DNA of 64,000 bases, taken from assembly GCA_973895155.1 (NCBI GenBank), contig OZ316899.1:3907141-3971140 (forward strand), given 5' to 3'. Made by a program: the position numbers and the translations under genes. Position 1 is the stretch's first letter. Each line of letters starts with the position of its first letter. Under the pieces are notes generated by a model. The model did no database searches and had not been told where the DNA came from. It was given only the letters and a program-made list of their open reading frames with translations. Below, in pieces: positions 12,481-24,292 of the stretch. This stretch comes from Marsupella aquatica. Its lineage: Eukaryota; Plantae; Marchantiophyta.

Positions 12481-12719
12481 CTTTAAAGTTTTTAGGGGTT
12501 TTTAGTAAAAAATGACAAAATTTAAAGAAAGAAAGGGTTTTGCAAAAAAAATATTTTTCACTTATAAGTTAGGGGGGTCAACCCTAAAACGTCGCACGCG
12601 ATGTATGGCCCTCCATGTAATGACCCCCCCCGAGGTTTTAGAGTGTAATGTGCTCCCCACAAACCAAACACATGACTCATCAAGGGAGAAGACTGGTCCA
12701 GATACATAATCATGGCCTG

Positions 12720-14360
12720 GGTTTGTTGCTTCTTTGTGCTCCACCTCGACGATAACAACCTAATGAACTCGGAATTCTTTGCTCCGGGTACATATTTGAA
12801 TGGGTTGCTTGGCAAATTCTTTGTAGAAGTCAGTTAAGACATGGGGGTGTCTATGGCCCAGAAGGTGGCATACTTCTTCAGCCAAGAACTGGTTACAGCA
12901 GTAAGGGTAGGGCGTGCATAGTCCAAAGCCACAAGGAGGATAGAGCAATATTGAGGTAAGGCAACCCTGTTAAATGAAGCCTCAGCCCGAGAAGCCGAGC
13001 TACAACTTTTACAGCCCCAACTTGCAACTGCCTTGGCCCAGATCACCAAAGCCAAAGCCAAGACAGCCTTGGCCGCACAAGCTGGAGCCGGAAAGGATGT
13101 TGAGCTTGCATGGATTTGGAAACAGATTGATAGCTTGAAGGGACAATCTATCATTTGGCAAAAGGATCACCAATGCTCGGGCCCAGAGAGATGCGGTGGA
13201 GGTTGACGCCTTGAAGGCAAAAGTGGCACGATTTCTACAAGAAGCCACAAAATAGGACCAATTGGTGGCATTGCTGACGAGCAACGCCCAACAGCTAGAA
13301 GAGGCATGCCAAGATGTTGTGGAGGAGATGGACGTGACAAAGCAAGAGAATGAGTCTCTCTTGGATCAAGTCCAGCTACTCAAGCAAGACGTAGGCCGTC
13401 TGAGGAGACAGCGGGACGGTCATTCTAGGTCCAACTCGGGTAGGTTTGGCAAGTGTGCCAGACATTAGTGGTCGGGTAGGTTTAGAGTAGAGACAAAATG
13501 AGACAGTAAGGACAAACGCTGGAGACAAATGCCAAAACTAGTTAGCGGCATTGTCTTGTCTGGCCGGCCCCACTTAGTGCAGACTCTTAGAATAGGACAC
13601 ACCATTTTTTGGTCTGACAATTAGACAAAACTTAGGATAGGATAGAATTAGCATCGTGGCCATTCCTGGACACGGACCTTAGTCAGTATTTAGTGCACCC
13701 CCTTGATAAAGGTAGGGGGATTTAGGTTCAGAACCGGGTAGCCATAGGATGTGCAGGGAGTCCCAACCTTCAGGACTATTGGGCACCAAGGGTGTGTGTA
13801 CAACTAATCTTGCTGGGCAAGAGCGGAGCCGGGCTTTGTTGTAGTGTACATCTCATTGCCATTGGGCCTGTTAGTCTGGAAGAAGTCAAGTCAATCGTGT
13901 GTATGTGGATACATGATTTTGAAGTAAAGTCTTTTTTCATCATTTCCTTTGTGTGAATTGGGATCTTGATGTTGTGAAGTTTGTCGCAGTCGTGAGTCCT
14001 GTATGTGTGCAGAGATGCTTGGCCAAATGCATTATGCATGTAGTGCACAGGGTGCCAGCAGCGAATAGTGGTTGCAAGCCCGGGTTGAGAGTCGCATCAA
14101 CAAATCCAGATCGGAGGTGGACAGCACAAAGGCTTAGAAATCCTTAAGCCAGGGTCAATCGAGCTACAACTAAGGTACATTCTGGCAGTGGAACACAAAG
14201 CATACCTGTGGTACGTGTGTATGTATAGTCGGGTGCGCTTAGTGCTAGGTTAGGAGTATAAGTACATTTTGCAATTCCTCCTTGCAAACCCTCAATACTA
14301 ATGAAGTTTATGTCTATCTGAAGCCAAAATTTGCGTAAGGACTCATCTTTTGGCGTGACA
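12720..14360 (+). mobile_element. Gypsy family-B LTR-end region containing a decayed coiled-coil ORF
   Basis: Collinear homology with about 35130-36784, including coding similarity (EFFAPGTYLNGLLG versus ELFVPGTFLNGLLG). Both copies end in CGTGACA; this one is followed by a PBS. Confidence 0.75.
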
Positions 14361-14373
14361 TAGCCCTTGTTTT

Positions 14374-14391
14374 TGGCGCTAGATGGAGGGG
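14374..14391 (+). promoter_or_regulatory. PBS complementary to the tRNA-Asn 3' end (1 mismatch)
   Basis: TGGCGCTAGATGGAGGGG, 13 nt downstream of the LTR end at 14360 and upstream of gag. Confidence 0.7.
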
Positions 14392-14599
14392 GCACTCTTG
14401 GTCTTGTGAGAGTGGGGCCATGTGCATATGTATGTCATAACGGGGTCCAACACCCTAGTGAGTTATTAACTACTGCATTCATAGGAGTAGATGCCCGTCA
14501 CTTGCTCTCGGGCGGCATACCTAAGGATATTGACAAGCAAACAAGAAAGTGTGTCAATAGCGAGTTCTGAATCTTCAAACTTGGGGGATTCACTCTCAC

Positions 14600-17407
14600 C
14601 GCAATGGATGAATGTCCTACCTGGACCGTCGGGTTCCAGTTCAATAGGCCCTACTCCTGCCCCTGCTGCAGCTCCGCCAGCACCACCTCCTCTAGCCGTG
14701 CCCATGGTGGCAGCCCTGGCTGCCCCTCAAGTATCACAACAATTGCGATTTCATTATTGCCCATTCAAGGGACGCCATGGGGACAATCCGGACAAATAAT
14801 TGGATGAATTTGAAGCCAAAGAAAATGGGGAGGATGTAATTAAGCTCATAGCTCTTCCAAGAGTAATGAGGGGTGAAGCTCGCCCTTGGTACAACTTGCT
14901 GCAGCCCGACATTACTTGGCCGCAGTTCCAAGCCACCTTACTACAAGAGTTTCAAGCTATTAGGGCAGAGTTGCATTCCTTGTTGAAAATCAGCCACCTT
15001 CAAATGGGGAAGAAGGAGTCCTTGCGGAAGTTCATTAAGAAGTTTCAGAAACTGGCAACTAAAATTTGGCCCAGGCCGGGCGATGCGCTCCAGCTCACAT
15101 GGTTTCTGCATGGTTTGCACATGGACATGCAATTTTGGGTTCAACAAAATAACCCAATCTCAATGCAAGTTGCCATAGCATGTGCCAAAACATACAAGGA
15201 GTCCACTTATAACTCCCGACAAAGCCAACGGGCATGACATAAGAAAAGCAAGTACCAGACCTTCAGTGACACTGATTCCAAATCAGATGATGAGAAGAAG
15301 AAGAAGTGAAAGAAGAAGAAAAGAAGAAAAAACATTGTTCAACTTTGTCCAGCTTGGAGATAGAGTCTAATTTGGCCACGATGTCATCCAGCATCTCCTC
15401 CACCTCAAGCTCATCAAGTACTGATTTGGAAAGTGAGTCCCAAAGCAAGAAGAAGAAACGGCGAACAAAGAAGGAGGAGAAAATCAAGCCCCAAGCCCAA
15501 AGAGGAGTATCGGACCCCAGAGTGGCTGAGGCAGATAAGCTCAATGAGATCACCAATCACCTGAAAGCCTTGTCTATACATCTCGTGGAGAAGCCTATAG
15601 AGAAGAAAATGTCGTCCAAAACCCAAGCACATGCGTGGTGCTCCAAGTGCTTCAATCAGGGCATGTGGTGCAAGAATGCCCGAGGTGGAATGATTGGGTC
15701 CATCAAGTAGAGTTGGATGATGTTGACGGGCCCAGCCCAGATCTGGAGTCAATCAAGTACTTTTTTGAGGACCCCCTGACTTCGTGTATCAGATCTCCAC
15801 GGTGGGTCCTTGAAACTTGGTAGGAAGAACCGCCCATACCCTAATGGTGGCCGGGGTTTACAAGTCATAAGTAACCCGAGCGTTCCTCCAAAACCAGGGA
15901 TTTGGCGGTCCCCAATCTATTACAACGGTGAGAAACCCAACCACTTTGCAAGGGAGTACACTGAGCAAAGATGGCAAGGCGATGATAGGGGCATGCCATT
16001 GTGCCAGGTTTGCAAGACAGAGGCTCATTCCACTAATTGCCCATTGGTAATAGCTGCACAAGCAAGCACAGCTAGACCGACATCTTGGGGGGGTCACTAC
16101 ATGGAGGGCCATACATCGCGTGCAACGTTTTAGGGTTTGACCCCCCTAACTTATAAGTGAAAAATATTTTTTTGAAAAACCCTTTCTTTCTTCCAATTTT
16201 GTCATTTTTTACTAAAAAACCCCTAAAACTTTAAAGAAGTATTTTTACAATTAAATAGGCCTATGTGTTCTTTAAAGTTTAATAGTCAATAAAACATGCC
16301 CTATGTGTTCTTCCACCAAACTTTGGAAGTCTTCCGCCACACCTATTTAAATGGGCCTTTACTTCGTCGCACGTGATGTGCCACTTCTGTGGAAGTTACC
16401 CCCCGAGACCGACATAGGTCAGCTAGCTTTGAGCAATGCGGTGGTACAAATGATAGACATGGAGTGCCAAGATGATACCACTGAATGGGTCGACTTGATC
16501 AACTTGATGGAACACCCCAACCCGTCTGATGAAGCCAAATGCTACCAGGTGTCAACTAGGTCCAAAAACATGCAAGAGAAGCAGGAGGAAAAACAAAGGA
16601 AGAAGCAAGATACCACCCGGGTACAGCCAACAGTAGACATACCTCCTGAAGAGGATGACGACTACCATCGGGATGACCCAACACTATTCTATCCCCACAT
16701 AGAGGAGTTAGTAAAGCAACAATTGGAGGCTTACAAAGCACAAGAATACCAAAAAGCAATCGACAAAGACTTGAAGGCAGACGAAGCTGCTCAATGTGAA
16801 GACCAAGAGAAGCGGGAGGCCAAGGCAAAGCAACTATGTACCCACGGAGGAGAAGAAGGGAGATTACAATATTTGACAAGATGTGAAGAGTTGCCCAGTC
16901 ACGACCACGGTCGGACAACTACTCCAAAATAACCCATGGTACCGGCAACAACTGAGGGAGCTGCTTATGGGTCGGCGAAGAAGACAATTACCCCGTGTAG
17001 GCACTGCAAATTGTAACATCAAGATAAAAGGTTGTACCATCAAGCTAGTCCTTATGGACGGAAGAGCGGGAGCCAATATCATGACTGAAGAAACGTTTGT
17101 TAAGTTGGGTTATCTCACCTATCAGCCCATGGTCTGCGCTATTTGATTGGCAAATGGAGCTTGACCCTAAACCCTAAACCCTTGGGTACACTCACTAAGG
17201 TCCTCACCCTAGTAGGAGGTGTGGAATTGTACCTCAACTATTTGGTCATGAGGCCAGTCCGGCCATCCTCCTACCCAGTCCTCTTGGGGAGACCATGGTT
17301 GTATGGTGGCCGAGTAACTACGGGCTGGGGAAAGAAGGAGCTAAGATTCAGGACGCCTACGGTACAAGTGTCATGGATAGTCGATGATTATCAAGGTGAG
17401 ACTCCAC
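14600..17407 (+). pseudogene. Decayed Ty3/gypsy gag-protease remnant
   Basis: Fragments homologous to the intact 53843-59911 polyprotein: RGEARPWYN, WCSKC and CQVCKTEAHSTNC knuckles, CYQVSTRS, DGRAGAN protease, YPVLLGRPWLYG. Interrupted by MITE-2 and cut off at 17408. Confidence 0.88.
16084..16407. mobile_element. MITE copy 2 (324 bp)
   Basis: Termini CTTGGGGGGGTCA / TTACCCCCCGAG; 8-bp TSD ACCGACAT (16076-16083, 16408-16415). Confidence 0.93.
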
Positions 17408-19486
17408 GGGGTATTTACAAACAACAAGAAACACAAAACAGTAACAAGAAATAGCACTGGTACATATTTTGGGTTTTTCCGATGCTCTTCTTTTGGTCGG
17501 CGACACTTTCCGATACAGAGAAGATCGGTACTCTCCGATTGTCCCCGCATTGGGGATTTACCATACATTCTACATTGGACACGTGCTGTCCCATACTATT
17601 ACAATCGGAAATAGTTTCCCATTTAAAAACTATCAGAGCATTTCCCATTCTACCTGCATCGGACAGTGAGACTGCCGCGACGCAAGAGGCATCCGATAAA
17701 GAAAATATTGCATGTTGGTTCCGATGAACTGAGGGACGAAAAGTTTCCGATATTTGTGAAATCGGAAATGTGTTCCGACTTTTGTCCGAAACCATTACAA
17801 ACGGACGTTGGTTCCGATGTGGTAAAGATGGCAAAGTTTCCTGATACCTGTAGGATGGCACATGAGTTCCGTTTCTTTTAATATTGGAAATATCGGTTTT
17901 CAGTAGAGCCGGGGTTTTTTGAGGGTTTTATCATCTTCCTAGCTTCTAATTAAGGCATGTTGTGTTTCCGATAGGTTTTTGACTCCATTTCCATTTGAAG
18001 TATGTGGGAACTCAACTAGGGTCAACTTGAAATGAATTGGAAGCTTTCATTTCATATATATTAAAAGCATAAATATATAGCCACAGCTAGAGCCCAGAGA
18101 TTTAAGTGGTATATATAAGTAAAGTAACATGCAACAAAAAATGGTAATGACAATGTAGATAACATATATATGCCAAAAAAATCAATACATGGAGGGAAGT
18201 GGTCATTAATTAGGTCTAGCTAGTGCTAGCTACCTAGCTTTTACCATGAAATTCCTAAGTAGCTAGTTGTTCTCATTTTCCAAATCTTCCACAACAACTA
18301 CATTTGGCTGTTCTTGGACTGTGGATCAGGATCGAGGAATGTAAGGCATTACAATGGACCACTCAGGATCATCTGGATAAGGGAGATAGAATGCCTGCTC
18401 AAGATTATGAGGAAATGCAAAAGGATCTGAGGCCCTCCAATTTGAGCTGATGATAGCCCCTGTCTTCAGTCGTGTGAAGCCGCAAGCATCCTCTTCACAT
18501 GTCCGATTGTGGCCAACAAGATTCATCCAAAACCATTTGCACTTCAGCACCACCTCTTCCAATGTTGTATGCGCATGGTATTTTACAACAAGGATCTCCT
18601 CTATCTTTCCATAGTGAGCTATAGTAGAACGGATGGGATTTGTGTCAGATCTGCTACTTACAGAATCATGGGTGAACCAACCCATCACCCCACAATCTTG
18701 TGTAGCTGCCCTCTTGTCATCAAGTCGTTCCACACGAAAGTGTCTCCCCTTGGACCACATGGCAGTCCTGGTTGTAACTGTAAGTAGAGGTCCATGAAAC
18801 AAGGTGCGCAACTTATCAGTCACCATTGGGAAGTGTGATACACTCTCCCCAGCAGCCACCAAGGCATCCACTTCTAACAACTTCCCCTTCATGTACATGT
18901 GGAATTTGGGAAATAAGCATGGTCGTCGACTATTGTGCTTATCCTCCTCATAAAATGTGGTCCACTCCCCAACAATCTCTGGAGAGTTATACAACATGAA
19001 TGCAGTGAGTTTAGTGCGCTCACTAGGGTCAAGAAGCCGTTCTCCCTTTGCACCTGTCAAACGGTCATCCTCATAGTCTGCTTCTCTTGATGCCTCATCT
19101 ATCCACCCCCTTGGAGCATTTGAATCAAGTGTAGCAATAATGTTTGTACAATAAAACATGCTCTCTGCTCCAAGATGACGCTCTGCAATGCTACCTTCCA
19201 CCCTTGCGCGATTTGAAACATAGGACTTCATCACTCCCATGTACCGCTCTACCTAGTACATCCAACGACAATGTACAGGGCTTGCAATACCAACCTCATG
19301 CACTAGATGTAGTAGAAAATGAACCTGACCATCAAAAAATGGAGGAAGGGCCCTTTCAAGTTTGCACACAACCTCCACTCCAAACACCTCCATTGCTGCA
19401 ACCTCATCCTCGTTCACCTCCTTTTGACACACCCATCTCAACAACTTACCCAACGACCAAAGGGCATCACGAAGATCCTCACTACC

Positions 19487-19780
19487 CTCGGGGGTCTCAG
19501 TATATGGGGACCTCCCCATCGCCTGCAACATTTTTAGGCCTCGGACCCCCTAAAATGTAAGAAAAAAAATTATTTTTTAACCCCTATAAAGTTGGAATAT
19601 TCTTGGAATATTCTAAAAATTGGATTAAGAAGACCCTAATGTTCTTATAAGTCTCAAAATTGAATTTAAAAGACCCTATTGTTCTTCTACAAAAATTCTT
19701 AAGTCTTCCCTTAGAACATAAAATGACCCTATCCTTCGTCGCACGTGATATGCCATTTTTGTGGAAGTGAGACCCCCGAG
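19487..19780. mobile_element. MITE copy 3 (294 bp, related subfamily) inserted in the CACTA transposase
   Basis: TIRs CTCGGGGGTCTCA / TGAGACCCCCGAG; 8-bp TSD TCACTACC (19479-19486, 19781-19788); shares the CGTCGCACGTGAT motif with copies 1 and 2. Confidence 0.9.
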
Positions 19781-21942
19781 TCACTACCCAATCCAATAAT
19801 AGCAATTGGAATAACATGTTGCAATAAGCGATGATAATCATGGGTCTTCAAGAAAGCTGGCCATTTTGGAGAGTCAAGTCCACCAAATGCCTTGCGAAGA
19901 TTGGCACCATACCCTGTAGGAAATCGCATAGACCCTATGCATTTGCAAAACTTGGTCCGCTCACCTTGTGTCAAAACCCAAGGAGGATGAATAGTAAGGG
20001 GGGCATTATTGGGATCCATAGATGGCCAAAAACCATGAGGGCCATGCATCCCCATCTCTTCACAACTCTCTCTCCAGTTGTTGTCTTTCTCTCCATATAG
20101 GCGGCAAATCAAGGACCTCCCAACATTTCCCTCAATATGCATAGGGTCAAATAAATGGTGAAGTGGCATCTCAGCCCAATAAGGCAGTTGTGACAATGCA
20201 AACAAACAAGTCATGCCACACCGGGCATACTGCAATGGGTCATCTGGATTAGATACTCTCTCCCATACCTCTTTCCAATATGCAGGATCTTTTGGAATAG
20301 GTTGTGGTCGTCTGTCTGGTTGGCCATCCTCAGTGTCATATAAAAAGGGGTCTCTCCTCCAATCATGGTCTGGAGGGAGGTACTTGGTGTGACCAATATA
20401 CACTATCTTCCTCAAGGTCTTTGACTTTGGCCGCGCTATTCCTTCCAAATCAGGTCCACAAGTTGGGTAAGCTCGATATCCTGATGTGGTCAGGCCAGAA
20501 ATATATCCAAACCCTGCATATAAATATATATCCCATGCATAAGTAAATAAGTTTATTAAAAGATATATGTGCTCCTAGCTAACTCAATACATAACAAAGT
20601 ATGCTAGGTACGGTTGCCTAGCTATGGGAAGGGATAATCTAACAAAGATTCATACCTGGAAGATCATGTATGGTCCACATAAGAATGGCCTTCAACTTAA
20701 ATTCTCGACGTACGTAAGCCCCCCGTTTGCACTCGACCATCATAGCAATCCACACCCCTCCAAAGCTTTTGTAGCTCCTCAATCAATGGTTGCAAGTACA
20801 CATCAATTTTTTCCACTTGCTTAGGACCAGGGATAATCATGGAAAGGAGCAAATGACCCTTCTTCATGGACATCCATGGAGGGATGTTGTAATTAGTAAG
20901 GACCACTGGCCATAGTGAATATGGTTGGGCCTTACCTGCTAGTGCAAATGGGCTGATGCCATCCGCTGCCAATCCTAGGCGAACATGACGTGGGTCAGTT
21001 CGGAACTCACCCCATCTCTCCTCCATAAACTTGTTTGCAGGGGAGTCAACCATCATGCGCATGGTGGGTGGTTGTGAACTCATATCTGAGCAATTTTGGG
21101 AATGCCAAACCATATACTCAGCCAACTCAGCACATCTATATTGGTGGCGCAAACAAGGTATAAGAGGAAAGTACCTCATGACCTTCTGAGGAACTTTTCC
21201 CGTCAACATGTCCTCACGATACCTCGGCTTCTCACATGTAGGACATGACGTTGCATCTTTATAAGTGCCTCTAAACATAACGCAATCATTCACGCAAGCA
21301 TGTATGACTTCGTACTGCAGACCTATGGACTTCAACACCTTCTTTGCCTCTTTCCAAGAGTCTGGCAAGTTGTTTCCTTCTGGCAAGATACAATCATGCA
21401 ATGTCCGAAAGAGATCATCAAGAAGTAGGTTGCTTGCTCCATGTCTTTGCTGCAAGTTCAACAACAACATTATTGCTGAAAGACGAGACAAGCATGATCC
21501 ATCAAATATCCGAGTTTGCGCATGTTGACGTGCTTCCTCCCACTGTTTGGAGGCTGAACTCCTTGAACCTTCTTGATGTGGAAGTGGGACCTCAATGTTC
21601 TCCCCATCAACCATGTCATGATCACCATCCTCTATGTCATAGAATTGGTGCATCAAGTCATCCATGGCCCTATCTTCATCAACTCTTGATTGGGAGGCAT
21701 CTGGTTCCTGCTCTGGAACATCCGGATTGCCACCTGGTGGTAGAGAGGCATGTCGCCAATCTTCCATGGCCTGCACAAGGTGTTCGCGCATAGCTCGTGG
21801 TAACACCACAACATCCGGCTCAACATATGCATTCTATCATACAACGCACAAAACAGATATATACGTTTGAGTTAGCCCATGGATTCCTAAAAAAACTACA
21901 ATATTCTTATATTACTTCAAAAATGGGGAATACACATATGTG

Positions 21943-22476
21943 CTAAGTGTGGCCAGATCGAATGCCCATCTTGGGCGTGTTCCATTCATAGTCACAAAAC
22001 AACTCATCACCCGCCCTAATGGTCCATATGGCTACTGTCATAACATGATCATCCATATGTGTGACATAGTAAGGCAGAGTGGGTGGGCCAAAAATCTGAG
22101 CCCACTCTACATTAGGCTGGAGTCCACTCCCTCTACCATGTGTACTATTGATGTACCCAGTTATGTTATCTGAACGCACAGGGTCCCCATCAATCATCCT
22201 ACAATGCCAAGGCCTCCTTAGGACCTCATCTGGGTCTGAGTCCATCTGCAATGCATATACCCCCCAAGCTAGATGTTGGCGCAAGAGGATGTTCCAACTC
22301 TTGGATGTATACACAGGCCCAATGTAAGGGAAAAGGTGTTCCCCATCATAGCCACGACGCCAAGGCTTTGGAGGGACCTCAATGTCCTCCAAAGCAAATA
22401 AGCCTAATCCAACCTCCCCGCCAAGGGTCGATGCCTTCACTATCCATTGCCGACCCCATATGTACAGGGATATCAA
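21943..22476 (-). CDS. SET-domain (lysine methyltransferase fold) coding segment
   Basis: KASTLGGEVGLGLFALEDI ... IDGDP..DNITGYINST....PNV ... VMTVAIWTIRAGDELFCDY matches the GxG, NHxxxPN (here INST) and GEELxxDY SET signatures. Confidence 0.85.
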   Translation of the reverse strand: MISLYIWGRQWIVKASTLGGEVGLGLFALEDIEVPPKPWRRGYDGEHLFPYIGPVYTSKSWNILLRQHLAWGVYALQMDSDPDEVLRRPWHCRMIDGDPVRSDNITGYINSTHGRGSGLQPNVEWAQIFGPPTLPYYVTHMDDHVMTVAIWTIRAGDELFCDYEWNTPKMGIRSGHT

Positions 22477-24292
22477 TGGCTAGGCCACGAGGAATCGCAA
22501 AACTCTCAGGGTCAAAATCCTTGAAGACACTGATTTCCTTTCCCGTCACATATGATAAGCCCAACCTCCCTTCAACTTCTATGTACTCCTCCCCTGGTGG
22601 AGGCATAACACTCCTTCTAAAGTGCTCATGGGATGGGTCTGTGTCTAGAACTACATGCTGTTATCGATGTCTATGAGAACGTGGTCTTGTGCGTAGAACC
22701 CTAGTAGGGGGCGGTGCATCATCCCTACCATGCCCCAACTCTACCACTATGGGTTCATGAACAACATCTGCCTGAACATGTGCGGGGGTACATGATTGCT
22801 CGGGGTCTTCAACTGATGATGCAAGCAACTGTCTAGCACCAGCTAGGAATGCATCATGCCATAGTTGACTAGAGACCAATGGAGGACGGGCCCTACAAGG
22901 CACCTATTCAATCATAAACAAACAAAAATTAATACTTGTCTCCTAAAAGGTCTCAAACCAGCCAACTATTATGATAGTGTATCATATATAGCGGAGTTCA
23001 TGTCAAGCAATACCTGGCGAGCTGAATATCCCGGTAAATCACCCTCATGTCGACCATAGTTTTCGATGTGTTCAATGGACTGCCACGCTTGACGAACCAC
23101 CAGTCCTTTACATCTAAGACACCAGCATGGAATAGGGCCTAATGGAGGGGGTGCTAGAGGCTGTTGAGGGGGAGGAGGAAGACAAGTCAGAGTCGGAATC
23201 TGTATCCAAACTCTCAGAAGTCGACATTGTCTGCCAATTACACACAAACAAGTCTTTACCAAAATGCAAGATTGATTCATCACCCTAACTTGAGGTAAAC
23301 CCAAACAGGAAATATATAGTATGTTAATAATTTGCAGTGTTGGACTTAATTAGTACTTGAATGATATCCGCGCTCTACAGTGCCTACTAGGCTCTAAGCC
23401 TTAGACTATATGCTAAGGCCAATCCAAAAAAACCTGCACATACAGGCTAGGTGGGGAAGTTGAAAGATGAGATGACATACATGCAAACCTAAGTAACAAA
23501 CCAATAATTAATGAAATTAATAAAAATCAATGACGAGTTGGATGTCCAATTATAAACTCCCACAAGTAACGCATATATCATGTCAAATATTTCCAATACA
23601 TTTTGGAGGATCATATATGTCATACCTTTTGGATGCGCGTACTCTCGCTGTGCATAATGCATTGGCAAAAGTAAACCCTACTAAGAAAATCAAGGAAAAG
23701 CAACAACCCGACCCTCCAAAAACAAAAAATACAAAACTGCACAAAACGGCACTAGAGTGTTAATTTAATTTGTGACTTCTTATAGTCCCCAAAAGTTGCA
23801 CCATGCATATAGCATTGCCTCATGGTCAAAATGGAAATCATTTAAAATCAAACTGAAAATAGATCTAGGTACATACATTCAATGATCATCCATACCCACC
23901 AAAAAATAGTGTGCTAGCTTTGTCACGACAACTGTACGTTGATATGCCCGTTTTGCGCCGCACACCTAATAAGCCCACAATATAGCATAATTAACCCCCA
24001 ACTAACATAAAGGGGGACATTATAGTATACATGGGATCCAAATGCCAAAGTCCAAATGCCAAGGTCATGCAATTCACAAACCATCAAAAAATACATTGGG
24101 AGGGTTAAGTCCGATACTTTGGAGGAGGGGTCCGATACTAAGTCCAATTGACCTAGAATCGGAGTTTCCGATGCGGAAAGTATCGGACGTTATGCATTTT
24201 GGGTTTTTAGGTCACCCGACTAAAGTGCGAAGGCACTCTAGTCGGGAAAAGCATCGGGAGCATTTCACGATACCTTTGCGGAGCTCGTAGCG

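Larger units (their letters stand above)
6527..12634. mobile_element. MITE copy 1 (about 328 bp), interrupted by a copia insertion
   Basis: TIRs CTTGGGGGGGTCA / TGACCCCCCCCGAG; 8-bp TSD GTTTTAGA (6519-6526, 12635-12642). It is the reverse complement of 16084-16407 once the copia is removed. Confidence 0.92.
18326..23304 (-). pseudogene. TnpD/Tnp2-like CACTA transposase, multi-exon and decayed, with an internal SET-domain exon
   Basis: Transposase_21 motifs (CVNDCVMF..CPTC, LGLAADG, WPVV..YNIPPW, WTIHDLP), DPMHIEGN, LKTHDYH, and DUF4218/4216-like RARVEGSIAE and DPFAFP. N-terminal CWCLRC...HIENYG. GT-AG introns at 23013-22904, 21933-21834 and about 20635-20515. MITE-3 is inserted in the coding region. 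Confidence 0.88.
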
